NCBI GenBank assembly: GCA_951406725.2
Contig: OX597835.1
Span: forward strand, 24,862,001 to 24,926,000
Direction of reading: 5' to 3'
Length of the DNA stretch: 64,000 nucleotides
DNA from: Octopus vulgaris
Taxonomy: Eukaryota
Under the pieces are notes generated by a model. That model did no database searches. It was given only the letters and a program-made list of their open reading frames with translations, and was not told where the DNA came from. A program made the translations under genes and the position numbers. Positions 1 to 12,562 of this stretch are shown piece by piece. The stretch's first letter is position 1. Each line of letters starts with the position of its first letter.

Positions 1-398
1 ATCACACTGCGTTGTAGTAGTGAGACCTGGGGCATCTAATCAAGATGAGGACAGATACTTACTGTCTTCTTCCTACGCAGCCTACGAAGGGGTCCGAACG
101 GCGAAGAATCTGAGTGAGTTATCCATAATGAAGTATTGGTTCCTGCGTGAATACCCTGCATTTTCTACCCATTACTATGACAACAACGCCTTGGCTGGGT
201 GGGATGTGTACATAACTGGAAAGAGGCGATTTAGCGCAGCTATCGTGGCGCTGACGATTTGGCATAGCAGACTGGAAGTTCAACATGTTTAGGCGATAGT
301 GTTTTTCGGCGCTGGAGCAAAAGCGTGCGTGCGCACACACATACATGCACACACAAACGCACAGAAAGACAGACAAACACACATGCACAAACACACGC

Positions 399-447
<49 letters not shown>

Positions 448-456
<9 letters not shown>

Positions 457-617
457 TGTTACATTACTCAATAGTCAAGATAAAACTCTGAGTTTCAGAT
501 GCCGAAGTGGAAATCCACAACACCATCTCTTCGAAGGGATGGTGTTATGGATTTCCACTTCGATATCTGAAACTCAGACTTTTATCGTGACTATTGAGTA
601 ATGTAACATATTATTTT
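448..617. mobile_element. Fold-back (palindromic) remnant of a Penelope-like non-autonomous element
   Basis: ~85-bp arms pair around TTCGAA (530-535) with few mismatches; lies between (TA)n tracts; carries the 3' half of a hammerhead core (GAAGA-stem-GAAACTCAGAGT on the minus strand of the left arm). Confidence 0.6.
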
Positions 618-715
618 ATAGATAAATTTCCTCTATTTACATAATATTGAGGTCTCTTTCTTTCTCTTGTTATCTTACCGTTTTTACCAATATATATATA
701 TATATATATATATAA

Positions 716-938
716 ATTATATAAAATCCGCTCTATCTGTCTGTCTGTGTCGTCTAGGATCTCGGGCATCCTCCATCCGATTGCGCTCAAATTTGATATG
801 TAGATACCGACGGTATCAGGGCGTGTATAAGTCTTGAAAAATTTACAAAAAACAATTCCAGGTGAGAATGCGATCGATAAAGCCGCGGGAACGTGCATTT
901 GTACGCGCAAGTACATCAGCTGTTGCGATCGATACTAG
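716..938 (+). mobile_element. Non-autonomous Helitron-like element, copy 1
   Basis: Starts ATTATATAAAATCCG, has an internal (CTGT)n tract and CCGATTGCGCTCAAATTTG, ends in CTAG (935-938). A second copy at 49861 begins TCTATTATATAAAA, matching Helitron 5'-TC...CTAG-3' termini. Confidence 0.6.
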
Positions 939-1039
939 AGAATATAAGAAATTTGGGATTTTTATTTCTAGTGCAAGAGTCTATGTGGTCACAGAGTGTA
1001 ATTTGACGGTATTGTGGGAGATTTATTTATTCTTTATGG

Positions 1040-1279
1040 ACTGCTACTCTTCTGCGTAAATGGAGGCATATATATATCTGTCTTTGTACTTCAACTGCGT
1101 TTTCATACTTCCAGTAGCATTTTAGAATGAATTTCGTTTGTTCAAAGCTCACTCAATCTGCCATCATTAATTCCACCGGGATTGATCCAATAAGAAAAAA
1201 CATCAATTGATCCAATAAGAAAAAACATCAATTGAGTTATCAGCTGCTAAAGTGTGTATACATTTTTTAGGACACCCTA
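1040..1279 (-). mobile_element. 5' end of a Tc1/mariner element with a DUF4817-type HTH transposase start (pseudogene)
   Basis: Minus strand begins TAGGGTGTCCTAAAAAATGTATACAC (TIR-like, next to TA) and encodes MMAD*VSFEQTKFILKCYWKYENAVEVQRQ; 25-bp internal tandem duplication at ~1182-1232. Confidence 0.7.
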
Positions 1280-1682
1280 TATATGTGTGCGCGCGCGACG
1301 CAAATATATATAAATATATGTGTGTATATATATAAATATATATATATATATAATATAAAGTTGTATGTACGTATATATATATATATATATATACATAGAT
1401 AGATGTTATATACTCCGGGATATCCATATGGTAAAAGTAACATATTCAGAATTATCCAACGGAATATTACTCTAAATACTTATCCATTCTATATTTTTGG
1501 GAGGAGAAATAATGTACATTATTTATAATGGGCGGATATCTTTGAAGATTATTACTGGATTTATATATTAACTGTTGAATAACCTATTTTGAATACCTGA
1601 GAGCAAACCGGTAAACGTTTGGACCAATCCTTTCCTATTTACAAATATATATCTATATACAGTGTGTATATATATATATCTG

Positions 1683-1895
1683 TTACTCTTTTACTTGTTT
1701 CATCATGTGACTGTGGCCATGTTGGATCACCGCCTTTAGTCAAATAAATCGCCCCCAGGACTTATTCTTTGTAAGCCTAGTACTTATTCTATCGGTCTGT
1801 TTTGCCGAACCGCTAAGTTACAGGGGACGTAAACACACAAGCATCGGTTGTCAAGCGATGGGAGGACAAACACAGACACACAAACATATACACAA

Positions 1896-1948
<53 letters not shown>

Positions 1949-2113
1949 TACGACGGGCTTCTTTCAGTTTGCGTCTACCAAATCCAGTCACAAGGCATTG
2001 GTCGGCCCGAGGCTATAGTAGAAGTCACTTGCCCATGGTGCCACGGAGTGGGACTGAACCCGGAACCATGTTGTTCGTAAGCAAGCTACTTACCACACAG
2101 GCACTCCTACGCC
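1683..2113 (-). mobile_element. tRNA-derived SINE family A (CORE-like), full length
   Basis: Reverse complement of the 15289-15701 copy: Pol III A/B-box-like head, CORE-like GGCACCTTGGGCAAGT segment, internal microsatellite, AAAAGAGT tail. Confidence 0.9.
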
Positions 2114-2126
2114 CATATATATATAA

Positions 2127-2233
<107 letters not shown>

Positions 2234-2312
2234 AGAGAGTAACTCTTTTCACGAAATAACACGGAAGGGCTCAATATATTGAGCAAATATCAAAGCCTTC
2301 TCTTTGTGTGTG

Positions 2313-2381
<69 letters not shown>

Positions 2382-2529
2382 TGTATGTATGTATGTATGT
2401 ATGTATGTATGTATGAAACTTATACAAACATATATGTATATGTATATATGTGAATTTATATTTCTATGTATGTACATACCTACTCTAAGTACTTGTTTAA
2501 AATATACTTTTAAAACTTTTGCCCACGAA

Positions 2530-2560
<31 letters not shown>

Positions 2561-2859
2561 TTATATATATACATATATATATATGAATGTATGTATATAT
2601 ATTCCTACATGTGCACATACGCGTGGGTGTGTGCGTGGGTGTACTTGTTTGTGTCCGCGCGTGTGTACATGTGTATGCGTGTGTGTGTGTGCGTGTATGT
2701 TTGTGCATGCATGCGTGCGCCATAATTTTTCAACTATGCCTGAAATAATTTCTTAGAGGAAGTACTAAGGGGAAAGTGCTTATAATTTCCTTTCTATTAT
2801 TCATGTTTTTTAAGTACTTTCCCATTAAACGTTTTGCGTGTTTGTTTATGTGTGCGTGC

Positions 2860-2901
<42 letters not shown>

Positions 2902-3460
2902 GTATACGCTAACGTTCACACACTTACACGGACGTAGAGGCCGATATAGATTTTCAACTACTTTAGCACCTTTTCCGTAGTATTACCCTCTGAAATGGTG
3001 CCAAGTAACTTTTGATGTAATCAAAGAATGTGCGATTATTTCGAAATGCGTCTAACCAATGGTACTACGCCGTCAGACACGTTTCTTTGCGCGGAAATGG
3101 CCCGACCTAGCCATTCCATCAGCAGAAATGGGAAAGGTTTATAATCTTCGACCTGATAGGTCTCTCCAACCGACGACTCATACACAGAAATATGTGGATA
3201 CCATCTAGCGATGGTCCGCCCTTGGGAAGGTCCTTTCTATATGGACCTTCTCCATCACTCTCTATACGACCTGGGAGGGCCCATACTCTCCCTGACGACG
3301 TGAAGTAGATTACTGGAACTTTGGGCAATGATGACTAGACGAAGGATTGCAAAAGCCCTACATTAACCCTCTATGGCAGTATTTCTCATCCATTTTTTAC
3401 CAATGGATCCCTTTGATTACTATTCTGATGGACCCCCATAGCCATTATCATTTCATGTTA

Positions 3461-3605
3461 TTCCAGTCCATTCAGCTGGCAAATATGAGTAATCCTGCGA
3501 TGGACTGGCGTCCAGTCCAGGGGGGGGGGGATTTATGCGCCATTGAAACCGGGAAACCGGCCCTTATAAGTCGGCATGACTCGAGAAAGTAACTTCACCT
3601 TACTT
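3461..3605 (+). mobile_element. 3' part of SINE family D
   Basis: TCCAGTCCATTCAGCTGGCAAA...GATGGACTGGCGTCC...GAAACCGGGAAACCGGCCC matches the reverse complement of 52555-52813. Confidence 0.75.
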
Positions 3606-3831
3606 TTATTTTTACCATAGCCATTCAATCTTTGAAAACTAGTGCTACCTGTGGCTTTTTAAAGAGAAAAATAATTCTGTATGGAAGAAAAAAAAATAAT
3701 AAGTCCGTGTGAAGGATTTTAGTCAGGTAACTATGTGTTAGTAGCGCTACCGGTAAACAATGTAGACTGGTACTACCTGCAGCATTCTGAAGAGAAAAAT
3801 AATTCTGTGGAAGAAAAAAAGAGGGGTGAAG

Positions 3832-4048
3832 TGTTGTGGTGGACACCCCCAAGTGAGAAGTGGGCTGTTCCACTACTGATAAATAGCGGACAGACACAAC
3901 AAGCAGGGTCAGTCAGCGAGGATCGCCGTACGGGCCAGTCAAGCAGACGACGAAGTTACGTCGTCATAATGCGGGACAGATCACAATTGTAATTGTATGA
4001 AACCATAAGGTGGTGCCGAAAATCCACAAATGAAATATTTATCCTACA
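3832..4048 (+). mobile_element. Probable 3' LTR of an LTR retrotransposon, preceded by a polypurine tract
   Basis: TGTTG...CTACA termini (TG..CA), immediately preceded by GGAAGAAAAAAAGAGGGGTGAAG; internal ATAAATAG. No second LTR in the window. Confidence 0.4.
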
Positions 4049-4558
4049 TTGTGGTGTTAACTACTCGGTCTCACTGTTCGCTGCCTACCCACAAATCTGC
4101 GCCGATTTGACAGCAATCAGTGTATAGCACTGTTTTCTTATAAAATAAATAAAAACAAAGCATTTCGGTCAGCTTGGAGTTGCTCCACTTGGTATCTGGT
4201 ACTGAGGGATCTAAAACATTTTAAAATGCACCTACGTGTTTATAAAGAGCACTCTGAGCTGGCTGCGGTGTCCGGACACCTTTTAGTCTAAAATAAGAAT
4301 GTTTTACTCAACGGCAAAACTGCAGTGAAAAAGCCTTTAAAGGATCAAATATATCCTAAACATATTTAAAACTATCTAAAGTTTGTGAATGTTCCGTCAC
4401 TGCTCCATGCACCTGACTATCTATCTATCTACCTATCTATATATCTATCTATATATCAATCAATCTATCTATCTATCTGTCTGTCTGTCTGTCTGTTTAT
4501 CTATCTATCTATCTATCTATATATCTATCTATCTATCTATATATATATATATATACAC

Positions 4559-4591
<33 letters not shown>

Positions 4592-4625
4592 CATATGCTC
4601 ACAGATATATATTTTCATACACACG

Positions 4626-4659
<34 letters not shown>

Positions 4660-4756
4660 TATCTATATATGTATGTATATATCACTCTATATCTTTCATC
4701 CACTATCTTCCCTGCACCCACATTATTCACACACATGCTCTCTCTCTATCTGATGC

Positions 4757-4838
<82 letters not shown>

Positions 4839-5390
4839 CTATCCATTTATCTATCACAACGATAGCTTATTATTATTTACTCATCGATGACTTTTCTCGC
4901 TTACTACAAAACACAGCTGAAGGCAATTAAGATCTCTACCCGTGTCCCACCCGTATTCCACCTGACAGTGACTCCCATACGTCCGTCTCTTCGCCACCAC
5001 CACCGTTCTCCGAAAGTGCCACACCCGTTATTAGCAAGGAAAAAAGAGACAAAGCTTGTTGTCACAGAACATAAGCTTCCTGTTTTTTTGGTGGTGTATG
5101 TGTTAATAGGAGGGGAGTGAGGACGGTGTACTAAGCGGGTAGCGATATGTTAACGGGGTAGCAGTTGCATCTCTGGTTCTTTGTAGTTAGTTGGTCCCTT
5201 ATCCGTAATACAACTCTGGTAATACCATTAACACGTGAACTATATGAATATTAGAATATGAGTGTGTTAGTGTGCATGTGTGTGTATATGTGTGTGTGTG
5301 TATATGTGTGCGTGTGTGTAAGAGAGAGAGTGTGTGTGTGTGTAAATATCTAGATGCATATATGTACAAACATGTGTGTGCATGTGTATG

Positions 5391-5436
<46 letters not shown>

Positions 5437-5457
5437 ATTAATATAAACAGAAGTTTG

Positions 5458-5503
<46 letters not shown>

Positions 5504-5620
5504 GTATATGTATGTATATATATATATACATATATATACATACATATATATATATATACATACATATACATTTATGCATATATATATATATATATATACA
5601 TACATACATACATACATACA

Positions 5621-5656
<36 letters not shown>

Positions 5657-5738
5657 CATCGTTCAATTTATAGAAAAACAAAAGACGAAGACAGGTGTAG
5701 GAACAACAAGCAAGTGTATTAGTTTGACGCTCGGGAAA

Positions 5739-5874
5739 AATTATTCTTTGTAAGCCTAGTTACTTATTCTATCAGACTCTTTTGCTGAACCACTAAGATA
5801 CGGGGGCGTAAACATACCAACAGTCAAGCGGTGATGGAGGGGGGACAAACACATACAAAAACACATACCCATAA

Positions 5875-5930
<56 letters not shown>

Positions 5931-5981
5931 ATATACATACATACATACATACATACATACATACATACACACACAGACACA
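5739..5981 (-). mobile_element. SINE family A fragment interrupted by the maT-like transposon
   Basis: Matches the family A 3' half; resumes briefly (GACAGGCTTCT, ~7386) after the transposon and microsatellite. Confidence 0.75.
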
Positions 5982-5983
5982 TA

Positions 5984-7270
5984 CAGGGTGCAGTGGGTAA
6001 ATTGTCGCCATTTTATACTTTTTATTTCGCGCATGCGCATTGTTCGTTTTTTAAGTTTGTCGACTACACAGTATAGTAGGGTCAGTTGAGCACCGTCTGT
6101 GAGAAAAACAGCACCTTGACGCAATTCATTCTGCCAGAAAATTGGAAACCACATGCTGTACTGCTTAGCATTCGCGCTGGAAGCTCCAATACAAACAAAT
6201 CAGAGTGTTTGTGTGTGAATCTGAGGACAGTGCAGGAGATTCGGAAAGAGTTGGATGATTACGAAGATTCGGAAAGATTCGGAAAGAGTTGGTGATTACG
6301 AAGGTACCGGAACTCGGAAAACTCACTCTGATCGTTCTGATAAGAAAAGAACTCTTGAATTTGCTGGTGAGATCCAGGCCATGATTGACAACGATCTCTC
6401 CAAGTCAATCAGGTCCATCGCAAGGGACATGAGAGTGTCTGAGGTTCTTATCAGACAGGCAGTGCATGAAGACATTCGGTGTCCCTCATACAAGATGAGA
6501 AAGGGACAATTTTCATTCCAAGCCATCCACGACAAGAGGAAGGTTCGCGCTACGAAGATTTTGAACAAACTCAAGCATTCCCTCCAATCGAACATGCGTT
6601 GGTTTTTCTCAGAGGAGAAAAATATCTGTCAGGATCAGATGGTGAAATAACAGAACATGTACTGGGTGTGGAAAAAATCAAACATCCATTCAACATCATG
6701 GTGTTTGGAGTAATCACTAGTGATGGCGACGTTATACCTCCACTCATCTTTCCACACGGCCTCACACTCAGCACGGGGCCCTACATCAAACACCTGGAAG
6801 AAATAGTGCTGCCCTGGGTCAAGAAGGTGGCTGCTGGAAAATCTTATGTCTGGCAACAGGACTTTGCACCATGTCATACAAGCAGGAGAACCCAGTCATG
6901 GCTGTCAGGCAATTTCTGCGACGACATCACCCCTAACATCTAGCCACCTAACTCCCCAGACTGCACCTCCTTAACTATTATGTGTGGGGCGCAGTTGAGT
7001 GAGAGGCCAACAAAACTCCTTGTAACACCAAAGATGAACTGGAGACAAGGATTATGACAACATTCATCAACTTAAACAAGGAGGCAGTCCAGAAGAGTTG
7101 CAGGAGATTTCGAAGTCATCTGGGGGCTGTGGTTGAAGTCAATGGCGATTTTATTGAATAAATTTAGACTTCATTATTTCAAGATATTTTAATGTAATTT
7201 TGGTAAAATAAAATGTCAGTGATATTTTCATTTTGCGTAATTTAGATGACAATTTATTCACCGCACCCTG
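5984..7270 (+). mobile_element. Near full-length maT (DD37D)-like Tc1/mariner transposon, inactive
   Basis: TIRs CAGGGTGCAGTGGGTAAATTGTC / GACAATTTATTCACCGCACCCTG flanked by TA. Frameshifted transposase in ORFs 6086, 6255 and 6479 (WFFSEEK, IMVFGVITSDG, WQQDFAPCHTS, PPNSPDC). The second and third catalytic positions are 37 residues apart once the stop and frameshift are restored. Confidence 0.9.
6086..7160 (+). pseudogene. Disrupted transposase (HTH plus DDD domain) of the maT-like element
   Basis: Several overlapping frames with an internal duplication (~6240-6300), a deletion after DQMVK and a premature TAG at 6941-6943. Confidence 0.85.
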
Positions 7271-7338
<68 letters not shown>

Positions 7339-7347
7339 TGTGTGTGC

Positions 7348-7378
<31 letters not shown>

Positions 7379-8493
7379 TGTGTATGACAGGCTTCTGGCA
7401 GCATTTGTTCCGGGATAACTTCACGTATGGACTTGCTGCGAAAACGCCGAAACGCATCTGATGTTGTCAGTGGCTACTGCTGAGACGAATTTCCATCTCT
7501 GATGTTTATCATGTTTTTAACACAACAAGTTCATAAGAGATGTTATCTCAGGAGAACCACTACCGTAACTGACCTATTGACAATGTATATATATTTAGTA
7601 TGATACATAGATGGCTATTTCGTTTAAATATTACTCCAGTTGCGCACACCAGATACGTTAATTAAGCAAAGCACCAGCATTTTTGTTAATGCAGTATATC
7701 TCAACAACGAAGATAACGTAATCTCTAAGTCAAAGAGTACGATTATATTTTGCTCCGTATAACATTATCATCGGCTGGTTTCAGGGATGAAAACTAAATT
7801 TATTTAACATTTGCAGAGCATCACGTCTTCGTATAGTTCAGTGCAGTGACTGAGTTCAACGTGACATTTCTGTTATGTTCGCAATTGGGATCCTTATCTG
7901 ATGATAACGATCCTAATTGCGAACATAGCGCAAATGTCACGTTGCGAATATAACTTAATGTCAACCTTTTAACCATATACTTCGCAGTGAACTGAAGAGA
8001 AGTTAGTAGAATCAATATTCTACGTCCATTATTGCCAAGAATCTCGCTGTTCTTTTTAAAGCAGCAGCTCTTCATGAGACAAACATTCTTTACGGGATTC
8101 TTATAGTTCAGCTACATCATTTTCTACGAATTCTTCAAACTCTACGGTATCACAGTTTTTTTTTTACTGATTTTGATGTGGAATTTCTTCGGGGAGAATA
8201 CTGTATAGTTACCGTATTCATAAAGAGACGATTGGGCGCTGCTGTCTGGACGCTGTTGATTTGACGCGGCGGATTCAACACTGAACCTATTTTTGCAAGC
8301 GACAGTAGTTTTTTGCGGTGGAGGCAAACACGTTCACGTGCACAGAAACATATAGATACAGCTAGATAGAGGTGGGTCAAAAGAGACATTACCATTTATT
8401 AATTGAACACGACTGGTATACACGTTTTCCTTTCTCTTATGGAAATGAAGAGAAATATGCCCACACGCATAAGCAGAGAGAGAAAGTGTGTGT

Positions 8494-8535
<42 letters not shown>

Positions 8536-8567
8536 TAGACTGATGGGAAAGAGGACGAGAGAAATAT

Positions 8568-8782
8568 TGATCTCAAATTTTGTAACAAGGCCAGCAACTT
8601 TGGGGGAGGGGGTGAGTCGATTACATCGGTCCCAGTATCCAACTGGTACTTATTTTATCGAACCCGAAAGGATGAAAGGAAAAGTTGACTCCAGCGGAAT
8701 TTTAACCTAGAACGTAAAGACGGACAAAATGCCGTTAAGCATTTTGTCCGGCGTGCTAACGATTCTTCCAGCTCATCGCCTT
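8568..8782 (-). mobile_element. SINE family B (Deu/Nin-like central domain) with 14-bp TSD
   Basis: Reverse complement of the GCCTTTCATCCTTTCGGGGTCGATAAA-type core; flanked by GACGAGAGAAATAT at 8554-8567 and 8785-8798. Confidence 0.9.
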
Positions 8783-9718
8783 GAGACGAGAGAAATATCA
8801 AAATGGCTATTGTCAAATAAGTCAGGGTCGTGTCAGCGACGCCATATAAGTGGCGCCAAAATGGCTGTGCCAAAACGGCTGCGCTGGAATCTCTCATACC
8901 TGTATCGCTTGATCGCATTGAGTTGGCTATGCTATCCAAAGTCTCAAAAACTTTTACTGCGTCCCTAACTAGGTTTACTTTTCCAATCAATTGATTCCAA
9001 AGTTGTTCTTCGATAATATACCTTGATGAAGTACAATGAGACCGAAACGTATGAGTGATTGCCTTCCTTGCTTTCAATCAAGCGAGATTATTTCGTAAGT
9101 ATTGGTTGGATTCGTGTTTTTCGGGATAGATTCGATTCTCACTTTTACCACATTGATCATTTAAGTTTATCGGAGGTTAGAGAGAATTAGTGTATAATCT
9201 AAACTAAAATAATTAATTCTTCCATAGAAATTTTATGTCAGGGTAAAACAATCATTTTGCAAACCCGCTTTAAAAAAGAAAAAGAAATCATAGCCCGACC
9301 TGTGCTCCATAAGGCAAACAGCACAAACACCTAAGATGCTAAAATCTAGGAGTTTCGAACAAGTTCTGAATAAATTCAAAAACGTTTCTTAATCCTACTA
9401 AAAGAAAATGAAACATTATTAGTAATAAAGAGAACAAGAGGGGTCACTTCCGGAACAGAGGAAGCTGGGGGGACAGAGCTGGAAGGGGAAAACGAGAAGG
9501 ATGTGAGGTGTTATGATTTGTCAAAAGATTTGACGTAAAGCATTTCAAACTTTGCCAACAAACAGATTTACTCTGTGATACACATGGCCACTAAAACGAT
9601 AAATTTCCTGTACCCAAGTCAATTACAAATATTCAACTGCAATGTGTATAGCTCGTGTATTGAGGAAGATGGGTGGAGCAAGTTTTAGAAAGAAATTGAT
9701 AAAGGGTGGGCTGGCATA

Positions 9719-9922
9719 CGAGGGGATGCTGAAAAGTTCCTGGCTTTGGGTAAAAGAAAATACAGGAAGAGTTAATAATGATTTCATTCAACTTATTCCC
9801 CTCTCAGATTCACACACTTGTGGCAGCAGACCTTCAGTTTTTCTAAGCTCTGTGAAAAAACTCGGACCCCCATCCACGCTTTTCGATGCATTTAAAACCA
9901 GGAACTTTTCAATGCCCACTCG
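9719..9922. mobile_element. Mariner-derived MITE
   Basis: TA-flanked TIRs CGAGGGGATGCTGAAAAGTTCCTGG / CCAGGAACTTTTCAATGCCCACTCG; no ORF. Confidence 0.8.
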
Positions 9923-10365
9923 TACATTGTAAGGTTGCAAAAAGGTGTGTATTGTATGGCTGATGGAAAAGGGTGCACGCACATACTAGGACTAGGAAAC
10001 AGGAATGTGTTCTTGGAGGAAGTCGGTAAGAGGAAGAAGAATACGAAAACAAAATATGACGAAGAGGGCGAGAGAAGGATGTGTACATTATAGGGCTGAG
10101 GAAAGGATAGCACGTGGCAGGGTTCGGAAAAGGGGGATCACATTTTAGGGCTGAGAGAAGGGGCCAGACACTTTAAAAAAAGGACCGCTTCATCAGATGG
10201 AGGGTACCGACAGATGAAGCAGCCTTTCACTGCGACATTCGAACATATTTTTATAATCCATGAATTGGGAATATTCATCAATCTTAATTATCGATCGCTA
10301 ACCTTTGATCCTTTTTGATAACTATATATACATATAAATATATACACACACGCACACACACACGC

Positions 10366-10478
<113 letters not shown>

Positions 10479-10488
10479 TATACATATG

Positions 10489-10521
<33 letters not shown>

Positions 10522-10817
10522 GTATGTATATATATATATATACATATATATATATACATATATATATATGTGTGTGTATATATATATATATATATCGCAC
10601 TTTACAACCGAAAGGCAGAACTATAGACGTCACAAAAGTGACTAAGATTATCACTCTTAGTCACTTTAGTGACGCCAATATATATACACATATATATATA
10701 AACATATGTGTTAGAGGTTAAAATAATGTTAGATGTTAGATGGAATGCAGTCTATGGATTAATAAATAATAAAGTCAATTGTTATTCATCAATATTTCTC
10801 CATTTTCTGTTTTCTTT

Positions 10818-10966
<149 letters not shown>

Positions 10967-11055
10967 TTGATGTATGTATCTGTATATATAAATATACATA
11001 CATAAACATTTATATGTATATATAAATCTATCTCTGCATGTCTGCGTATATATGT

Positions 11056-11164
<109 letters not shown>

Positions 11165-11624
11165 TGGGTGTGTGCGTGAAGGCGAAGTATGCGATTCATT
11201 TGAACCATTTAACTCTGCATGCACTATTCTTCAATTAGTGGCCATCCCCACGGATTAGACCTGCAAGTCACTGTGGTAGTCTCCCGTATTAAGAGATACA
11301 ATTACAAATTCAATTTGAGGAATAACAATTCTGGGAATATACGCATTTTCTTTCTTCCTTGCCCTCTTGCAGTCGAAAATGAAGGGAGAAAAAAATATTT
11401 ATTTGAAAATAAAAAACGTCACAGAATAAATTCCAAAGAAAGTATAAACGAGGTTCTGACTCTGTTATAATATTTATAAACTTCGTAAGTTTCATACCAT
11501 TGATATACCACCAACACCACCACCACCACCACAGACCACAGTACCACTATCTTGCTCTCCAATCACACATCATTGTATCGAATCTTTTCTCGTAATCTGA
11601 AATAGCCATCAACAGGTGATAAAC

Positions 11625-11683
<59 letters not shown>

Positions 11684-11684
<1 letters not shown>

Positions 11685-11876
11685 CACGTGCTTTAACTGC
11701 ACAACCGAGCACAGCTCTGTGTGCCTTGGGTTCCTGCTGTGGTTTGCTGTGATGTTCTTATTGTTACTGTATTGAAAGTGCTTTACGTAGGATGTGTGCG
11801 GTGCCTAGTAGTACTATTTTCAGTATGTTATATATACTTGTTACTCCTGGTGTTTTTGTTATGTATTTGTCTGAAC
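11684..11876 (-). mobile_element. 3' end of an R4/Dong-type LINE inserted at (TAA)n
   Basis: Minus strand encodes SDKYITKTPGVTSIYNILKIVLLGTAHILRKALSIQ*, the typical R4/Dong C-terminus. A short UTR then runs into (TAA)n (11627-11684), the known Dong target. Confidence 0.8.
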
Positions 11877-11886
11877 ACATACATAC

Positions 11887-12193
11887 ATCACCGTGACCGA
11901 CCAGGCTATCAGATGTTGCTACACATCGCTGGTCACAATGCACTTCGCACTGTTTTAGCCTTCAAATGATGCCACCCCGCTGGCTAAGCGAGCAGGCCAA
12001 CAGAAGAAAGAGTAAGAGAAAGTTGTGGCGAAAGAGTACAGCAGGGTTCGTCGCCCCCCCCCCCCTTGCCAGAGGCTCGTGGAGCTTTAGGTGTGTTCGG
12101 TCAATAGACACTCACAACGCCCGGTCTGGGAATCGAAACCATGATCCTACGACCGCGAGTCCTCTGACCTCACCACTGGGCCATTGCGCATCC
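11887..12193 (-). mobile_element. SINE family C (tRNA-Arg-like head); tail partially duplicated at 12228-12327
   Basis: Minus-strand head GCGCAATGGCCCAGTGG...GGTTTCGATTCCCAGACCGGGCG; body shared with 22617-22982 and 52357-52553. Confidence 0.85.
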
Positions 12194-12345
12194 ATACATA
12201 CATATATATATATATATATGACACAGTGATCACAGTGACCGACGAGGCTATCAGATGTTGCTACACATCGCTGGTCACAATGCGCTTCGCATTGTTTTAG
12301 CCTTCAAATGATGCCACCCCGCTGGCTATATATATATATATATAT

Positions 12346-12519
12346 ATTCGTTAGTTACTGCACGCATTTTTTTCTCTCTGTGTATCTTTCTGTTGAAGAG
12401 CGTAGGCTCGAAACGTTAAAGACTTGTTTTATTTATATTTCCTGAGCGCCATACTAATACAATTGTTTGTTTGTTTCCCACCTGCCTTCGTCTTTTGTCT
12501 ATTTTCATAAAGCTTCCCG

Positions 12520-12522
<3 letters not shown>
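12346..12522 (+). mobile_element. Penelope-like non-autonomous remnant with a minimal hammerhead core
   Basis: Lies between (TA)n tracts; TCTTT-CTGTTGA-A-GAGC-GTAG-GCTC-GAAACGTT-AAAGA at 12385-12422; related fragment on the minus strand at ~5668-5740. Confidence 0.6.

Positions 12523-12560
<38 letters not shown>

Positions 12561-12562
<2 letters not shown>

Noticed and set aside
9022-9056. Hammerhead-like TTGATGAAG...GAAACGTA (also 41050-41105 minus and 54977)
   Set aside because: Stems I-III could not be formed convincingly.
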